A stretch of DNA of 64,000 nucleotides from Macrostomum lignano (lineage: Eukaryota): contig NIVC01001840.1 in NCBI GenBank assembly GCA_002269645.1, positions 62,001-126,000 of the forward strand. The letters are read 5' to 3'. A program made the translations under genes and the position numbers. Below, piece after piece: positions 32,846 to 46,710 of the stretch. Below the pieces are notes generated by a model that was given only the letters and a program-made list of their open reading frames with translations, searched no databases and was not told where the DNA came from. How positions within the stretch are numbered: position 1 is the stretch's first letter; the number at the start of each line of letters is the position of its first letter.

Positions 32846-33683
32846 GAGAAGTTCAAGTAAGGACGCTAGTCGCGGGGCATCGGTCGCAATAAAATTGAGA
32901 GAGAGAGACCACCAGCGAGCCCAAGTAGCGGAAATCTGAGCAGGAAGAGATTTCGTCGCCGTTTGGGAGGGTGAGAGCGAGTAATCAGAGAGCAGGTGGG
33001 TCGCTGATGGGTCACGACCAATTTAACAACAGTAGTAAATTCATTCGGTGTAAGGTCGCTATAGTCTCACCAGCACAAGGATCCTCTGAGATTCTAGAAG
33101 AGAATCGTAAGAGAGAATTCTCTCTGTGCCTGCATAAGTCAATGCGATCTACATGCAATTAAAATTAATGTACATGCATTTTCACATCAACAAGCTTGTT
33201 GGCATGCAGCTAGGAAAACAAAAAAGTGTATGCTCTTTTCGTTCTAGCCGGAAATCCAGTGCCAACGGATTCGGTTTGGTTTAGCCAGCCTGCTTACATG
33301 GATTTGTGGGCGCGGATTAGCCTAATCCCAGGATTAGCTGCAGATTTCTACCTTCAAAAGTTTTGCTTTTCTTGTCTTGTCGCTGCTTATCTCGTAGCTG
33401 TAGCTAGGACGCAGCCACACTAGACCACAGTCATGCTTACCTTGTTTGCTGACTACATCCATCTGACAGGAGCGGGAGGCCAGAGGGCCTGATAGTCAAA
33501 TAGCTCCTAATAATAGTAATAATAATAATAATAATAATAATACGTAATATTTGCATAAAAGTTTTGGCATTCTAGCGCTACGTCTTCGATGAGGTCACTC
33601 GGTGATATTATCGTCGTCCCACAGCCAGCGCCGAGCAGGGTTAAATTGTCACCACTGGGGGGGGGGGGGCAAAAAGGCTATGA

Positions 33684-34287
33684 AGGGGGAGACCGCCACA
33701 ATTGACCGCCACAACTGACCGCCACAATTGACCGCCACAATTGACCGCCACAATTGACCGCCACAATTGACCGCCACAATTGACCGCCACAATTTCACCG
33801 CCACAATTTCACCGCAGACAATTTGACCGCTGCAATTTAATCGTCCCAATTTCGCTGACGGCAATTTTGCCGCGCGCGCTATTTGGCACCAACAATTTGA
33901 TCTCCATACTGACTATACAGTACTATACTCAAAGAAAGGGTTTTCCGAGGAAGATCTTCTGTTCTACGAGTACCAGAAGATTTTCTGTTACGAGTAAACG
34001 GAAAGGGAATAAAAATAATTATTTGAGCATCACTGTGGTTCTATTGAAGATTTGCAATATTTATGAATAAGAATTTAAGAATGTGATTGCATGCGAAATG
34101 TACGTGCTGTATGAATACAACTATGTGGATATATGCTATTTCAAGGTTCTAGTTTTATTATTTGTATCAGCGATATCGATTGGAAATCAACAAATAGAAA
34201 ATGCTGTGACTGTGACTAAACTTCCTGAAAAAAAGGTGAAATTGTCAGCGGTGAAATTGGCGTGGCCGTCAATTGTTGTAGACCCCC
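33684..34287. mobile_element. Putative MITE with a 13-bp unit (aattgaccgccac) expanded in the left TIR
   Basis: Left gggg..acaattgaccgccac..aatttcaccgc matches the reverse complement of 34235-34287; absent at the paralogous site near 52530. Confidence 0.5.
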
Positions 34288-34829
34288 AATGAGGGGGACA
34301 TGCCAATACTTTGTGACCCCGCCCCACCAATGGTGACCCGTTATGGCAATCAATAATTTTGATTCTGATGAGCGCAAAAAAGCGCCGTCGGCGCCAAAAT
34401 GTGTGCTAGCAACACTGATTCCCCAAATAATATAGGAATTTAGTCGTGTAGAATTCTTGGCTTCGTCCCAAAATAAAATCCATGCGACGCCCATGGCACG
34501 GAGGTCATTCTGCCCATAAACTGCTGACTCCTGAGCAGCAGCTCACCCAGCATGTACAGCGGCCCTGACTTTCTAATCGTCAGGCGTGTTACACACTCTT
34601 GATGTGAATCGTGCAACCCCCCTGGCTAATTTTCGTGCACTCGTAGACTTTTAGATGCATTGTAGACGAGTGCATTGGAACTCGGCATGCATTAAGCATG
34701 CATCCTTGATATTCGGAGACCGTTCTTAATGATGCAGTCAAAAGATCCACTGCAATGTGGTTGATGGATGGGACAAAAATTATGAGCGTATTTTTTATTA
34801 ATAACACAACAACAGAATACGCATTCAGC

Positions 34830-35430
34830 GTCAGAGGGCGCGTCTCAGGGCCAGGTCGCGAATGAACGCCACGCCGCCGGCCGAATCCGGGGCTTCAGCC
34901 AGCAGGCAGGCAGCCAGCCAGCCAGCCAGCCTGCTTCAGCCAGCAGGCAGTCGACGAAACGCCGAGTGCGGGCCTGCCCCCGCCGGTAGGGTGCCTGCAG
35001 CGTTAGCAGCAGCACCTCCTGCACCGGCTGTGGGCAGTACGACTCGGCCCGGATGATGTGGCCTGCCAGCTGGAGTCACCGACGGTGCAACAGGTCGCTT
35101 TGATGGACCAGGCCGGCGCCGTGATACAAAGCCGCGTTGGTCACTCTTGAAGGCTTGAAACCTGGATGTTGAAGGCGGCACGCAGCAGGCCAGCATGCTC
35201 GAGTGACTCCGTCAGCATCCAGGTCTTGGCGTTGTACAGCAGGACGGTCTCGATCACCGCCTGGAACAACGCCGCCCTCTGTCGGTCAGGCAAGGCCTCG
35301 GACTGCAGGATTGCCCTCACAGAACGAAAGGCAGCTTAGGCAAGCTCGCGGCGACGACGCTGCAAATCTTCGCGGACGCCGAGAACCAGACCATCGAGGT
35401 AGACGAACTGCTGACAACGCGGGAGCTCCG
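34830..35430 (-). mobile_element. Degenerate LINE (RTE-like) 3' fragment
   Basis: LFQAVIETVLLYNA.TW.LTES and RRRLQLAGHIIR motifs with frameshifts; tgt-rich tail near 34805. Confidence 0.75.
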
Positions 35431-36135
35431 TCGCCTATCCATCAGCGCCTCGGCACCCTTGGCGTTCTTTAATTGATTAAAAGAACCCGAAGACATGAAG
35501 CGGAATCCACATGAGCTTAATTTGTTTTCCTAATCGCAGATACCTCCATGCCCGCGTCTCGAAAATGAATAGAAACAATACAAAAGATGGCTAAGCTGAG
35601 TTGCTCTGACAATTTCGAACTGGATTCAGGAATGCAATTTACTTGATTGCATGGTAGCATCTACGGGCTGAGATGAATTAAAAAAGGCGAAAAAATTTTA
35701 ATTCAGTGAAATTTCTTGTGAGAGACAGGTTTTGTCTTGCTATTATTTGTGTCAGTTGCTAATGGATTGCATTTCTTTTAAAACGTCGCAATGAAATGGC
35801 TACAGTAGCTATAGTTCCTTGCAGTGCGAATTCTACTTCTAAACTTCTAAATTTTAAAGTTTCTGCGTGTCATCATAAAATATTTATTGGGTCTGGTTGA
35901 GCTAGCTAAATAAAAACCAGCCGTGATTGCACACAAAGGTAGTTCTAAAAACGATATGCTTATATACTCGTTGAGACCGTTTGTCAATTGGTTTTTTTAA
36001 GCATGTAGATGCAGTTAACTGACGGTCAGTCAGTTGTCGATTGGTAGTCAGTCGGTAGTCAGTCGGTAGTCAGTCGGTAGTCAGTCGGTAGACAGTCGGT
36101 AGCCATTCGGTAGTCAGTCGGTAGCCAGTCTCACA

Positions 36136-39100
36136 CTAGCTCTGAGGCACGGTGATTCCGGCTGAAGTCTGCATTGCAGTCTCCATATCGTCAACCTTGC
36201 TTGGGCCGTGTTTGATCAGCATGAAGATCTGGAATAATGTTAATCGTTGATTTCAACCGACAAAGTCTAGCTTCCAAGTTATTCACAAGCATCACCGCAA
36301 GATCGGTCCTCGCACCTTGCTGCCAAACACCAGAATCAGGGTGGTACTTGAACAGATTATGATGCAGCTGGCAATGAGCGACACTTTCAGATCCTGACTC
36401 GAAGAGGGCAGAGCGAACAGAATGACCACACCGATGAGACCCATGACGGTGGTGTTGTACACGCACACTCCGATCTTCTTCGAGTCGTTGAGCGCTTCCA
36501 CCTGCACCGTGCGAGTCTCCCAGGCAAAGAACAGCGCGAACAGCAGCAGAAAACCTTTGACTCCAAGTTCGGAGGCAATCCAAATTGTCATGTTGTTGCA
36601 GGTGCATACATCGATTGTCGATCGAATGAGAGTTCCGTCTTCAGTTTCCTAGAATTTATTGTTTCAGGTATTGTTCGGAACGTTGGCTAATATGAAAATA
36701 AAATGGCTCTTCTGATACTTTTAATTCAACGCCATTGACAGTGTAGTGAGCCGCTAGTTTATGGTTAGGCGTCGCCCTTGTCAGCTGTTCCCTCGCCTCC
36801 GCCCTGGGTTGCTGTCTGCCGCTGGTCAGCTTGCCGCCCTTCCCTTTCGTTTGTCTGCTGCTGCCCGTGGCCTGTTCTGGCCTTCTGCGTCTCCGTTCTC
36901 AGCCCCCAGCCTCTCGGCTGTGGGCTGTCTCTGTTTCGCTCCCGTCCCGTTTTCCCTTTCTTGTGAGCAAGTCACATGACAGTTCTTGCGTTCTTTGAGT
37001 CTTAAAGTGCAGTAAACATGTTTACTGCACTCGTTGGCCCTGTTTACCGGGTGAGTCACGTGCTTTCGGACCCCTCCCTTCTCTAAGGAGAGGAGTGACT
37101 CATGTTGCTAAAAATAGCAACTGAGTCACAGCAGCGTGTACTCTGGCCGGGGACCTCAAGTGACGTCAGTTCTAAAAATAGAACAAGTCACGAGGTCTTC
37201 TGCGTGGGTGTTTCCCGGCTATAAATAGGAGCTCTCTCCCCCTTGTTTCCGTCAAGGAGTCTTCTTTCTGTTCAACCTCGAGTTCTACGTCTGCGTGTGA
37301 CCAAATCCCCGAGTGTCCGAGCCTTTGCGCGTATTGACTCTATTCCTATTGCTCCGACTGAAACCCGACCAAGTCAACCCAAGTCTACGAGAGGCTAACC
37401 CAGCCCTCCCTATACCATCCTAGCCCGGCAGGTACTGCTGACGAGACGCCTTATACGTTGAGCTGCAAATCTGCACGTCGTGCTGTGTTCGTTGACTTCA
37501 TTATTTCGTTCCGACGGGAAGCTCACCTCACCGAAGGCCGAGACCTGAAGGAACTGGTGGCAGCACTACCTACGCTACTAAAGTAAGAAGGCTTCTAAGT
37601 GAGAGGACGAAGCCCAAGTCACTGCGCTGTACAGCAGGACAACCACAGGTACAACAACAGCACTTTAAGCAACAGTGACGCGAACTTTTTAAATTCCAGT
37701 TGTTGTGGCACAAAATAAAGCGGTCAAGGCATAGAATTAAGCATTTCTGACAAAAGTTGAACTGATACTACCCCGTTCGAGTCCACACCCATATGCCTTT
37801 ACTCACAACGGAGGGCAGAGAGACACTCTCCACTGTCAGCGGATCGATGATTCCCCAAGCGATTAGCAGGACAATATCAGTGGCCAGAACTAGCAGGATA
37901 ACTGCAAACAGATGCGAATCCTTGATGGCCTGGGGAAAGAGACGAAAATTCGAGCTAAATTGTTTGCAAAAACGGCACAGGGGATTGATTCGTGCGATAT
38001 TAACTGTTACCTTAATTAGCTTCTCGCATGCGTCTGTCTATAGAACTTCCCAATGTAAACCCTTTTTATAGCGATTTCTAAAACTGTTTCTCTATGATTA
38101 CTGGATTTAGTGCCTATTTTATTATTGCATTAGTTGCCGATATGTATCGAAAGTAAACTTTTTCAGAGCAAATATTTGGATATATTTTTGTAACCATCCA
38201 AGGATCAAGATCATCGTAAATTTGGACGAGTTGAGAAGATGTCGATGTTCGTCTTTACAGGCTCTGATTTTAGAAATGTAATGTTGTAAATTATTTTGTT
38301 TGCATTTGGATTCGAACCCTGGACCTCTTGATTTCAAGAACCACGCTTAATAGAGTAAATCGGGAACATAAAAAGCCCAACTAACAGACCGACAGCTAAG
38401 CTCACCACCCTGCGCAGCTTCACGTTGGTGAAGATGCGGTGCACTCGCCACGTCTTGGCCAGCATGGCGCCGAACGCGGCCGAGTAGCCAATGGTGAGCA
38501 GAGCCGTTTGAGTCCAGCACAGGCCGGTGCTCACTGCCCAGTGCGAGTTCACCGCCATCACAATGCAGGACGCGTAGCACATCAGACAGCCAGCGCCGAT
38601 CACGTTGTTCACGAGGGGACTGCTCATCTTGATGAGGCGAAGCTCTCTGTAGTTGAAATTCACAGCCACTGTCGCTATGGATACGGCGATGCCGATGGAG
38701 GAGGCTGAGGTGAGTGCGATAGTTCCGGCTTCGCTCAGCTGCAGCTGCCTAGTGAGCAGCTCGGGAGCGTCCACCGGAGGTGAACCGCCTGAAATTTACA
38801 CACATGGTTAATAACTGATCTCATGTTTTCCTGTTCTCCTGTTTGAGTCCATCGACTCTGATAGATTCTACAACTTTTCTTCAATTTATTCAAGTTCTCG
38901 CATAGACTTAACCGATTCCTTACCTGCGAACCAAAATTTAGAGGTCCAGTTCAACACGTTTTCTATTGGATCGTATGTGCCAACCAGGTGCCTCGATAGG
39001 TCTGCGGAAATATAAAATTTACAAGTGGAACTTCTGTGAGGTACGACAAGCCACTCCGTGCGCGATATGAGTTCATCGGTGCTGCGAAATTGAAATATTC

Positions 39101-42100
39101 ATTCAACAGAGAAACGTGACATTCTAAATTTAAAACTCTTCCGCTTCAAAGAGCAATAGGAGTATGTTTTATGAATAAAAAGGGCTGAAAAACGAACTCT
39201 GGCATGGTAACCCACAGCCAAGCTCACTTCTCAGCTGGTAGATCATCACCACAGAGGTTCGGTCACCGTTGCTGTCAAACACGACTCGACCCTGCATTGA
39301 GGAGAAGCGGTTGAGCTGTCGTGAGCTCGCAGACTAACCGTCAAAGTAAAATTAACGCAGATAAAAAAGCAAAACTAACAGAGAGACCGATAAAGTCCAG
39401 CTTCAAAATGTTCTTCATCAGCTCAGCTTTGAACGATGAATTGCCCAGCTGCATTTCATCTGAGTAGTTCCACGACTGCAGCGTCTGATTCAGCGCGAGG
39501 GCCGCCGACATCACGGAGTCGAAGCGAAGGTCAAAACCGCGGATTGTCTTCATCCTGGCGTCCGCGAGTCTGGCGGGGTACTCGATGAGGAACTGGCGGT
39601 ACAGCTCTGGGAGAGTCTGCGGGCAGTTGCGGGAGGGAGTCGTCTGCAGGCCCCTACAGCTGTGGGAGAGCCTGCAGGACAAATGAATCAAGGATCAGCT
39701 CATACCTTTCCAGCGGGTCCAATCCTTGTCTCAATCAGCGCAGGGTCCATCACTGCCGTGTCCGTCTCGATGGAACCCTCCAGACTCTCTGCCCTGTCGG
39801 AGTCTGGACAGGAGCCCTCAAAATGGGTGGTGGTGAACGGCAGACCCACTTGGATCCAGAAGTACTTCGGACCGTAGGCGCCCAGTTGTTTGAGCTGAAG
39901 GTCAGTTAGTGCAGGTTTGGAGGCGATCATTACGGCAGGAAAACAATATAACAAGAATTTACAGCATTGGCTATTGTCGGTGCAAGTATTATAAAGTCGT
40001 ATATATTTCTATAGAAACTTACAACGCATCCGAACCGTTTGCCCGTATCTTCCATGCTGCCAATGCGAACAATGATGAAAATTCTGATGTCGCTTTGCTT
40101 GAAGTGTTATTGAGATGCAAAGTATTCGTATCATAATATGTATTTATTATTGTAATATTAATTAGCAGAAACAGCTATTGGCAATATATAATGTAGTCTT
40201 ACCAATAGGTTTTTAATTGCGTTAGTTGGATCGCCACTGTAAATCATTTTCTGATACGAGGTCAGATTGTTAGCAATCAGAGCCGCCTCGTGTTTTAAAG
40301 CCACCTGATTTGTTTGAATGAATAATTTTGTGCAAATTTTCATGGCGACTCGAAAAATTCATTCAATTCACCATGGAAACTACATAGACAGGTTTTGCTG
40401 CGCAATAACTGAATGGACGTTCTCAAATGTACTCTAGATGAACCCGTGATAAGAATTCTATGAGTCAAAGTGGTTTAGTTGTCGATGAGAACTCCGACTC
40501 TGAACCGTGCGCGATAGGACCTGGCCTGGATGGGATTCCTGGACTCAAGGTTTTTAGAGACAGTCGGCTGAGTGCACCCTGGCGCACTTTAAGCGACATT
40601 GACACACAACCGGCGAGAGGCATTGCTGCCCATTTCGCCGACTCCCCTGAGCAGGCACACTAGCGCGCGGATACGTACGCAGTCATACGCACAGGCACAC
40701 AGGAGTGCACAGCGACCATAAATTTATTTATCGTTAGGCATGTACACTTCACTGTGCCTTGGGGGCTGGCCCTCAAGCTGGGCGTTAATTGCACAAGCAG
40801 AGCCAAGCCGAGATTCCAATTTAGCCCCAAATTAATGTGACTGCATTTGGCTTATGAGAGCACCGCGCTGGACCACTGGGGCTACGGACCCGCTTCCTGA
40901 ACCCAAAAGCTCCACTAAGTGACCTTAAGCTTTAAAATTGGATTAGAATTTTTAAACAGCCCCATGTAGTGGCTTGGAAACCCGCGAAACAACGATACAA
41001 GGTAAAAATGGGAATCCTTGCGGCTCCAATCCTAGTTTTCTTGCAGTTGACTTCCTTCTTGTCAACAACAGTTTAGGATCAAGTCCATCCAACCAGACTG
41101 CACGCTGTCGAAGTTTGAAAAGTAAAACCAAAAAATGTTCAAAAACTTCTGTTTCATCAAGAGAAATTCTTGAACATTCCAGCAAAATAGGCGAAAGTAA
41201 GGACTATTGTGCGTCATGCTACTTATCCGATGGCATGCTATAACTGTTAACCAGCTGCACAGGGTAAAATTTCTCACTGGGTAGGCCACCGCGAAGTCTG
41301 ACGCAATGAAGCCGAACTTTTTCCAGCCAAATTTTTTTATGATTTTCACTGTCGGCTCAACAAACAGACTGCTAGCGATTGGCATTCGAACGTAGTAGGG
41401 GTAGAGAGACTTGTCGCTCAGCAGTGGCGACGTGTTTGAGAAGCCGATCTGAAAATTGAAAGTTTAAAGGGATGTTACAATTTGGTCAGTGGCTGTTTTC
41501 ATGGTTGGTCAGATAATTTCATCAATATTGGTCAAATAATGTCGTCAATATTGGTCAGAGATTTTCATCAATACTGGTTAGAGAATGTCATCGATTTTGG
41601 TCAGAGAGTGCCATCAGTATTGGTCAGAGAGTGCCAACAGTATTGGTCAGAGAGTGCCATCAGTATTGGTCAGAGAGTGCCATCAGTATTGGTCAGAGAG
41701 TGCCAACAGTATTGGTCAGAGAGTGCCAACAGTATTGGTCAGAGAGTGCCAGCAGTATTGGTCAGAGAGTGCCAGCAGTATTGGTCAGAGAGTGCCATCA
41801 GTATTGGTCAGAAAACAACAGCACTACTCACCTGAGGCAGGTAGTAGTATTGCAGAATATCCGCCACAATTTGAGATTGGTGCGAGAACGAGGCGCCCAG
41901 CAGCAGAGCTTTGTTGGGAGGCTGCAGGTAGCCGTCAATCAGAGCTTTGGCGGCGCTTCCAGTTTTGTCCTGAAATTTCAGGATTCAAATTTAAAAAGAA
42001 ATTTCCTGGAAATAGACTAGTTGGGGCTCTGACAAACAGCTTAGATAAAGAGGGAATGATTCTGAGCGGGACTGGAAGGGAACGATTGAGTGGGACTGAG

Positions 42101-42358
42101 GGGGGAAGACACACTAATGCAGCTCGTCTTTAAAAAACTGCTCACTTCCTCAGCAATCTCCAGAGTGTAGCTCATCTCGAAGGCGGGGAACAGGTGGCTG
42201 ATGTTGTTGGTGATGTACCTGAAGCTGAAATTCAAATAATCGGAGTCCATAGCGAATGGGGTGGCGCTGGAACTGATGCAAAGCACGTTCACCACTTGGC
42301 GTCCAGCAGCTGCCCCGGATGAGGCTAGGAGGAGCAAAATGAGCATTCGATTCGACAT
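36136..42358 (-). CDS. GABA-B-like class C GPCR, paralog A (732 aa, 13 exons, intact)
   Basis: Exons 42358-42146, 41969-41832, 41448-41278, 40304-40203, 40097-40023, 39894-39706, 39616-39380, 39291-39228, 39001-38924, 38788-38406, 37929-37807, 36648-36316, 36228-36136 = 2199 nt. Signal peptide; VFT motifs SPLLSDK..YPYYVR, YGPKYFWI, GRVVFDSNGDR; 7TM motifs IKMSSP..NN, AKTWRVHRIF, AWETR..ALNDSK; no Cys-rich domain. Confidence 0.92.
36742..37656 (+). mobile_element. Solo LTR (915 bp) in intron 11 of GPCR A
   Basis: TG...CA, TSD ACAG, TATA ctataaat; homologous to the LTR at 27961; empty site in paralog B near 53830. Confidence 0.9.
41500..41815. repeat. 23-bp minisatellite (attggtcagagagtgccatcagt) in GPCR A intron 2
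   Basis: Direct; expanded homolog at 58370-59240. Confidence 0.92.
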
Positions 42359-42487
42359 TTTCGATAAAGTCCTATCGGATAAGATGCTCGAATCGGAATG
42401 GGGCCCGCTCAGTCAGTTCCTTTTGTAGTTTATGCACACACCTGCCTTGCCGCCTTTAGCCAATGGCCTTGTCCGCCCGTCCAATGG

Positions 42488-42916
<429 letters not shown>

Positions 42917-43329
42917 GGCTGCTTTTGACCAGATCTGGCACTAATTGGGCAAATAATCATAAAGGCTTGTGAGCCGGGTAGCTCGTAATGAAGCAGCTCC
43001 AACCAAATTAATAGACTGCAAATCTGAATGGAAAAGAAATGCTAAAAGTTTCAATTTAAGATGACCAGAGGCAGCTTCCCAAACGATGAGGGGCAAATTG
43101 TAGATCATTTTCACCTGTTAGATCCATTGTATTGCGATTAAAAGGTGAAAATCAACTAACAAGAAATAGAAAATGACAGAGGAACCTCAAGGGATTGAAC
43201 GGCAGCTGACGTCCTAGAGTGATCTGAAAGCTTATAATATTTTTATGGATCTCCGCATTGCCCTCATTCTCTAGGAATTAGAAAGTCAATGCAATAACTG
43301 TTTGCAGAAAACTTCAGCTAGAAGGGACT

Positions 43330-43460
43330 ACTAATGTAGCCAACGTCACGGATGAAGGAATGGAATGGACTGCTAATCTAGCCAACACCAGAAATGATAG
43401 AATGGAATGGACTGCTAATCTAGCCAACACCAGAAATGATAGAATAGAATGGACTGCTAA
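43330..43460 (+). repeat. Short degenerate copy of the 42-bp satellite found upstream of GPCR B
   Basis: gaatggaatggactgctaatctagccaac units. Confidence 0.8.
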
Positions 43461-43965
43461 TCTTATGTACTTATGCACGAGTAAGTCGGGTACTTTCGTA
43501 CACAGAGCAGACGCACTAGCACCCGTAAAAAAGAAGGAATCACATCAGTCTCGCTACGAGCCTAGTATATTTTGCTTGTAGGCCATCGCGCGATAAATAC
43601 TCGTACGTTGATGGAGGATAAGAGTGGCATGAGAAAAACTATTTTTTTAAACAGCAACTTGTTTGTTAAGCGACCTGCTTGACAACACTGCGCTCAACTG
43701 AAGACTAAAGGCTTTAACTCAACAATTGATTGGACCATTCATCGCGTGAACGTGACTGATTTGTACAAATATAAAGCTAGAAAATATTGCGTGTGCTGTG
43801 TGTTGTATAATTGTTGCGAGGTTATTGTGAGCTGTTTATTCGGTAGGTAGGTAGTCAGTACGTAGCCTCTCAGTAGTTAGTCGGTAGAAAGTCGGTAGTC
43901 AATCGGTAGTCAGTCGGTAGTCAGTCGGTGTTCAGTCGGTAGACAGTCGGTAAGGACTATTTTGC

Positions 43966-44318
43966 TGAGTCCAGCACAGGCCGGTGCTCACTGCTCAGTG
44001 CGAGGTCACCGCCATCACAATGCAGGACGCGTAGCACATCAGACAGCCAGCGCCGATCACGTTGTTCACGAGGGGACTGCTCATCTTGATGAGGCGCAGC
44101 TCTCTGTATTGGAAGTTGATTTCTTTAAGAAAGAAGAAGATGCCGATGGAGGAGGCTGAGGTGAGTGCGATAGTTCCGGCTTCGCTCAGCTGCAGCTGCC
44201 TAGTGAGCAGCTCGGGAGCGTCCACCGGAGGTGAGCCGCCTGAAATTTACACACACAGTTAATAACTGATCTCATGCTTTCCTGTTCTCCTGTTTGAGTC
44301 CATCGATTCTGATAGATT
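43966..44318 (-). pseudogene. Third GPCR paralog fragment (part of exon 10 plus intron 9)
   Basis: DAPELLTRQLQL...IKMSSPLVNN homology; altered TM1 (IFFFLKEINFQ); TGG>TGA stop; truncated at both ends. Confidence 0.9.
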
Positions 44319-44340
44319 GGACGGTGTTGAACAACTTAGC

Positions 44341-46120
44341 TTCTCACCCGCCGAGCGCAACTATTCCAACATCGAGCGGGAGGCTCTGGCGGTCGTCTGG
44401 GCAACTCAGCGAGCAAAGCACTTCCTGTTAGACAAGAAATGCGACCACCAGCCACTGGAATTCATCTTCGGACCCAGTCGGGAGCTTCCCAATGTGACTT
44501 CGGCGCGAATCATGCGGTGGGCCATTCAGCTTGCCGTATTCGACTTCGACATCGCCTATTCCAAGGGCAACAGCAGCCCGCACGTGGACGCCATGCCCCA
44601 ATGCCATTGGAGAGAGACGATGACGGCGATTCTAGTGGCGATGATGGCTTCATCCACTGGACCGAGGCTTGACGAAATCCGCCAAGGGACAGACATCGAT
44701 CCAGTGCTCAAGAGCATCAAGCGCCGGATCCAGAAAAATGTCTGGTCCAACTGCTCGGCTGCAGAGCGTCCGTTCAAGGCTGTCCGTCATCAGTTGACGA
44801 TCGAAGACGGCGTCGTATGCTGCGGAGACCTGCTGGTCCCGCCTGTCGCTGTCCGTAGTAAAATTCTGCAGGCGGCTCACGGAGTGACCCACAGCGGAGC
44901 GCTGGCGACTCGAAATCGACTCAAACGCGAAGAAGCATGGTGGCCGGGGCACTGCGATGATGTTGAGCAGTTTGTGAAGCAGTGCGCGACATGTACGAAG
45001 ATCCGACCACTGCCCAATCGCACGGTGCACACGTGGCCTACCGAGGAGACGCCTTGGAAGCGGGTGCACATGGACCATGCTCACGTGTCGGGAGTCGGCC
45101 TGATCCTTGTGCTGGTTGACGCTTTCTCTGGCTAGCCAGAAGCCGTGCACGTGGCAGACAAGAGCGCGAGGACAGTGATTCGAGTTCTACGGGCCATCTT
45201 CGTGAGGCAAGGCGTGCCGCACACTCTGGTGTCCGACAACGCACCCGAGTTCCACGATCAGGAGCTTCAAGGCTGGCTGGAGCGGATCGGCTGCAATCAG
45301 CTCTTCACGCCGCCGCACCACCCGCAGTCCAATGGCTGCGCCGAGCGGATGGTGCAGACTGTCAAGCGAGGACTCAAGGCGTTTGCAGCTCATCAAGGAC
45401 CGTTTGACGCATACCTGGCCAAGCTCCTGCTGAACTAGCGAGCGACTCCACGTAGTGACGGCCGAGGCAGCCCCTCGGCGCTGATGGGTCGGCAGCTGAA
45501 AAGCCCGTTGACGCTGACCTTCGAGACGGATGCCCCGGTCGTTTACCAAGCTCGCCAAAACGCACAGCCAGAACTTGCCGAGTTCGTCGTGCAGGCTGGG
45601 CACAGCACGGCGATCGTAACCGGACCGAGTCGGACCGGCCCGTTCTGACGCACAGGGACCAACGATTCGAGAGAGTCAGCGACTGTTGAGCGTCCCCAAG
45701 CCGATGAACTCGATACGGCTGATACGCGGCCCAGAAGGAGCGAGAGCGGCAACAATGGCGTTCCTCCTGATCGCTTGACAGCTCGTTGGTGATGACGAGA
45801 TGTGCTGCCGGAGCGCTGAGCTCTAGGCACTGACTAACTAACTAATTATGTATGTTATTATATATGTTATGTATATTATCTAACTAGCTATGTAACTATG
45901 TAACTAGCTATGTACGTGCATCGTACGTGCACAATATTCTTTCCTCTCCCTTCGCTCTGACTGGCCATACCCCTAAGCTTCCATGTACTTGTACATAGTT
46001 AATTGTCATCACGTGACTCTATTTTGGTGTTCTCTCAGCCCCTGCTCGTGTCATTATTACTTGCTACTCGCTAGTTAAAATAAACCTTGGGTTTCTTTAT
46101 GCCAACTTCACGGCACGACA
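44341..46120 (+). mobile_element. Ty3/Gypsy (Mag-like) 3' half: RNase H end, integrase, 3' LTR (45801-46120)
   Basis: SPAERNYSNIEREAL; HHCC zinc finger; VHMDHA, SDNAPEF, HPQSNGCAERMV; internal stops; LTR TGTGCTGCCGG...CA followed by GCTAC. Confidence 0.92.
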
Positions 46121-46239
46121 GCTACTCGTACAAATCCGTGTACGCTGGCTGGCTGAGCCAAATCAAATCTGTTGGGAAATATGATTAAAATTTTCATAAT
46201 TTCCTAGTTGGACAGTTTCGTAGCACAGATGAAACATTT

Positions 46240-46690
46240 TTGCTTTCTAAACTTCACGGATTTGAATTCCCTTAAATATCAATCTCTTGGAAAACTAAAC
46301 TAGATTAAACAATTGGCTAGTTTCCGGGACAGTGTTTTTCTTGGAAAGGTCAGTCGCTTCACTTTTTCAAGAACTTACATCTCTTAGAAAGCTCTGTCGC
46401 TTTCAATCCAAATTTTATTTTTCAAAACGATAGGTTGTTTTCAAATTCTTCTGGATTTATCCTTAAAAAATTTCGTCGCTTTCAATTTTAGAAGGCATCT
46501 TGATCTTTCCATTTCATTAAAATTTGATTTCTTAAAAAGTGCGTCACTTAGACTTTCTAAAAAATCGAATTTTTAGCAATCTGCTGCTTGCGATTTATTA
46601 GTAAAAACTGTTGCTTTAAATTTCTGGAAATTTATAATTTGATATAAAAGTCTTTTGCTTTCAACTTCTGGAATTTTTTATTTATCAGAA
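46240..46690 (-). repeat. Dispersed AT-rich repeat, inverted homolog of 27540-27960
   Basis: Alignment of the reverse complement by eye. Confidence 0.7.
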
Positions 46691-46710
46691 AAGGCTGCAG
46701 CATTTTGTCC

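Noticed and set aside
34363-34400. CTGATGAG followed by a short stem as a hammerhead
   Set aside because: No GAAA after stem II; same for 12974 and 50065.
39616-39691. Longer 5' extension of GPCR exon 7 (SCRLSHSCRGLQTT)
   Set aside because: Frameshifted in paralog B, so intronic; acceptor placed at 39617.
41482-42133. RECHQYWSE Cys/His-rich ORFs (also 58326-59544)
   Set aside because: 23-bp intronic minisatellite antisense to the receptors.
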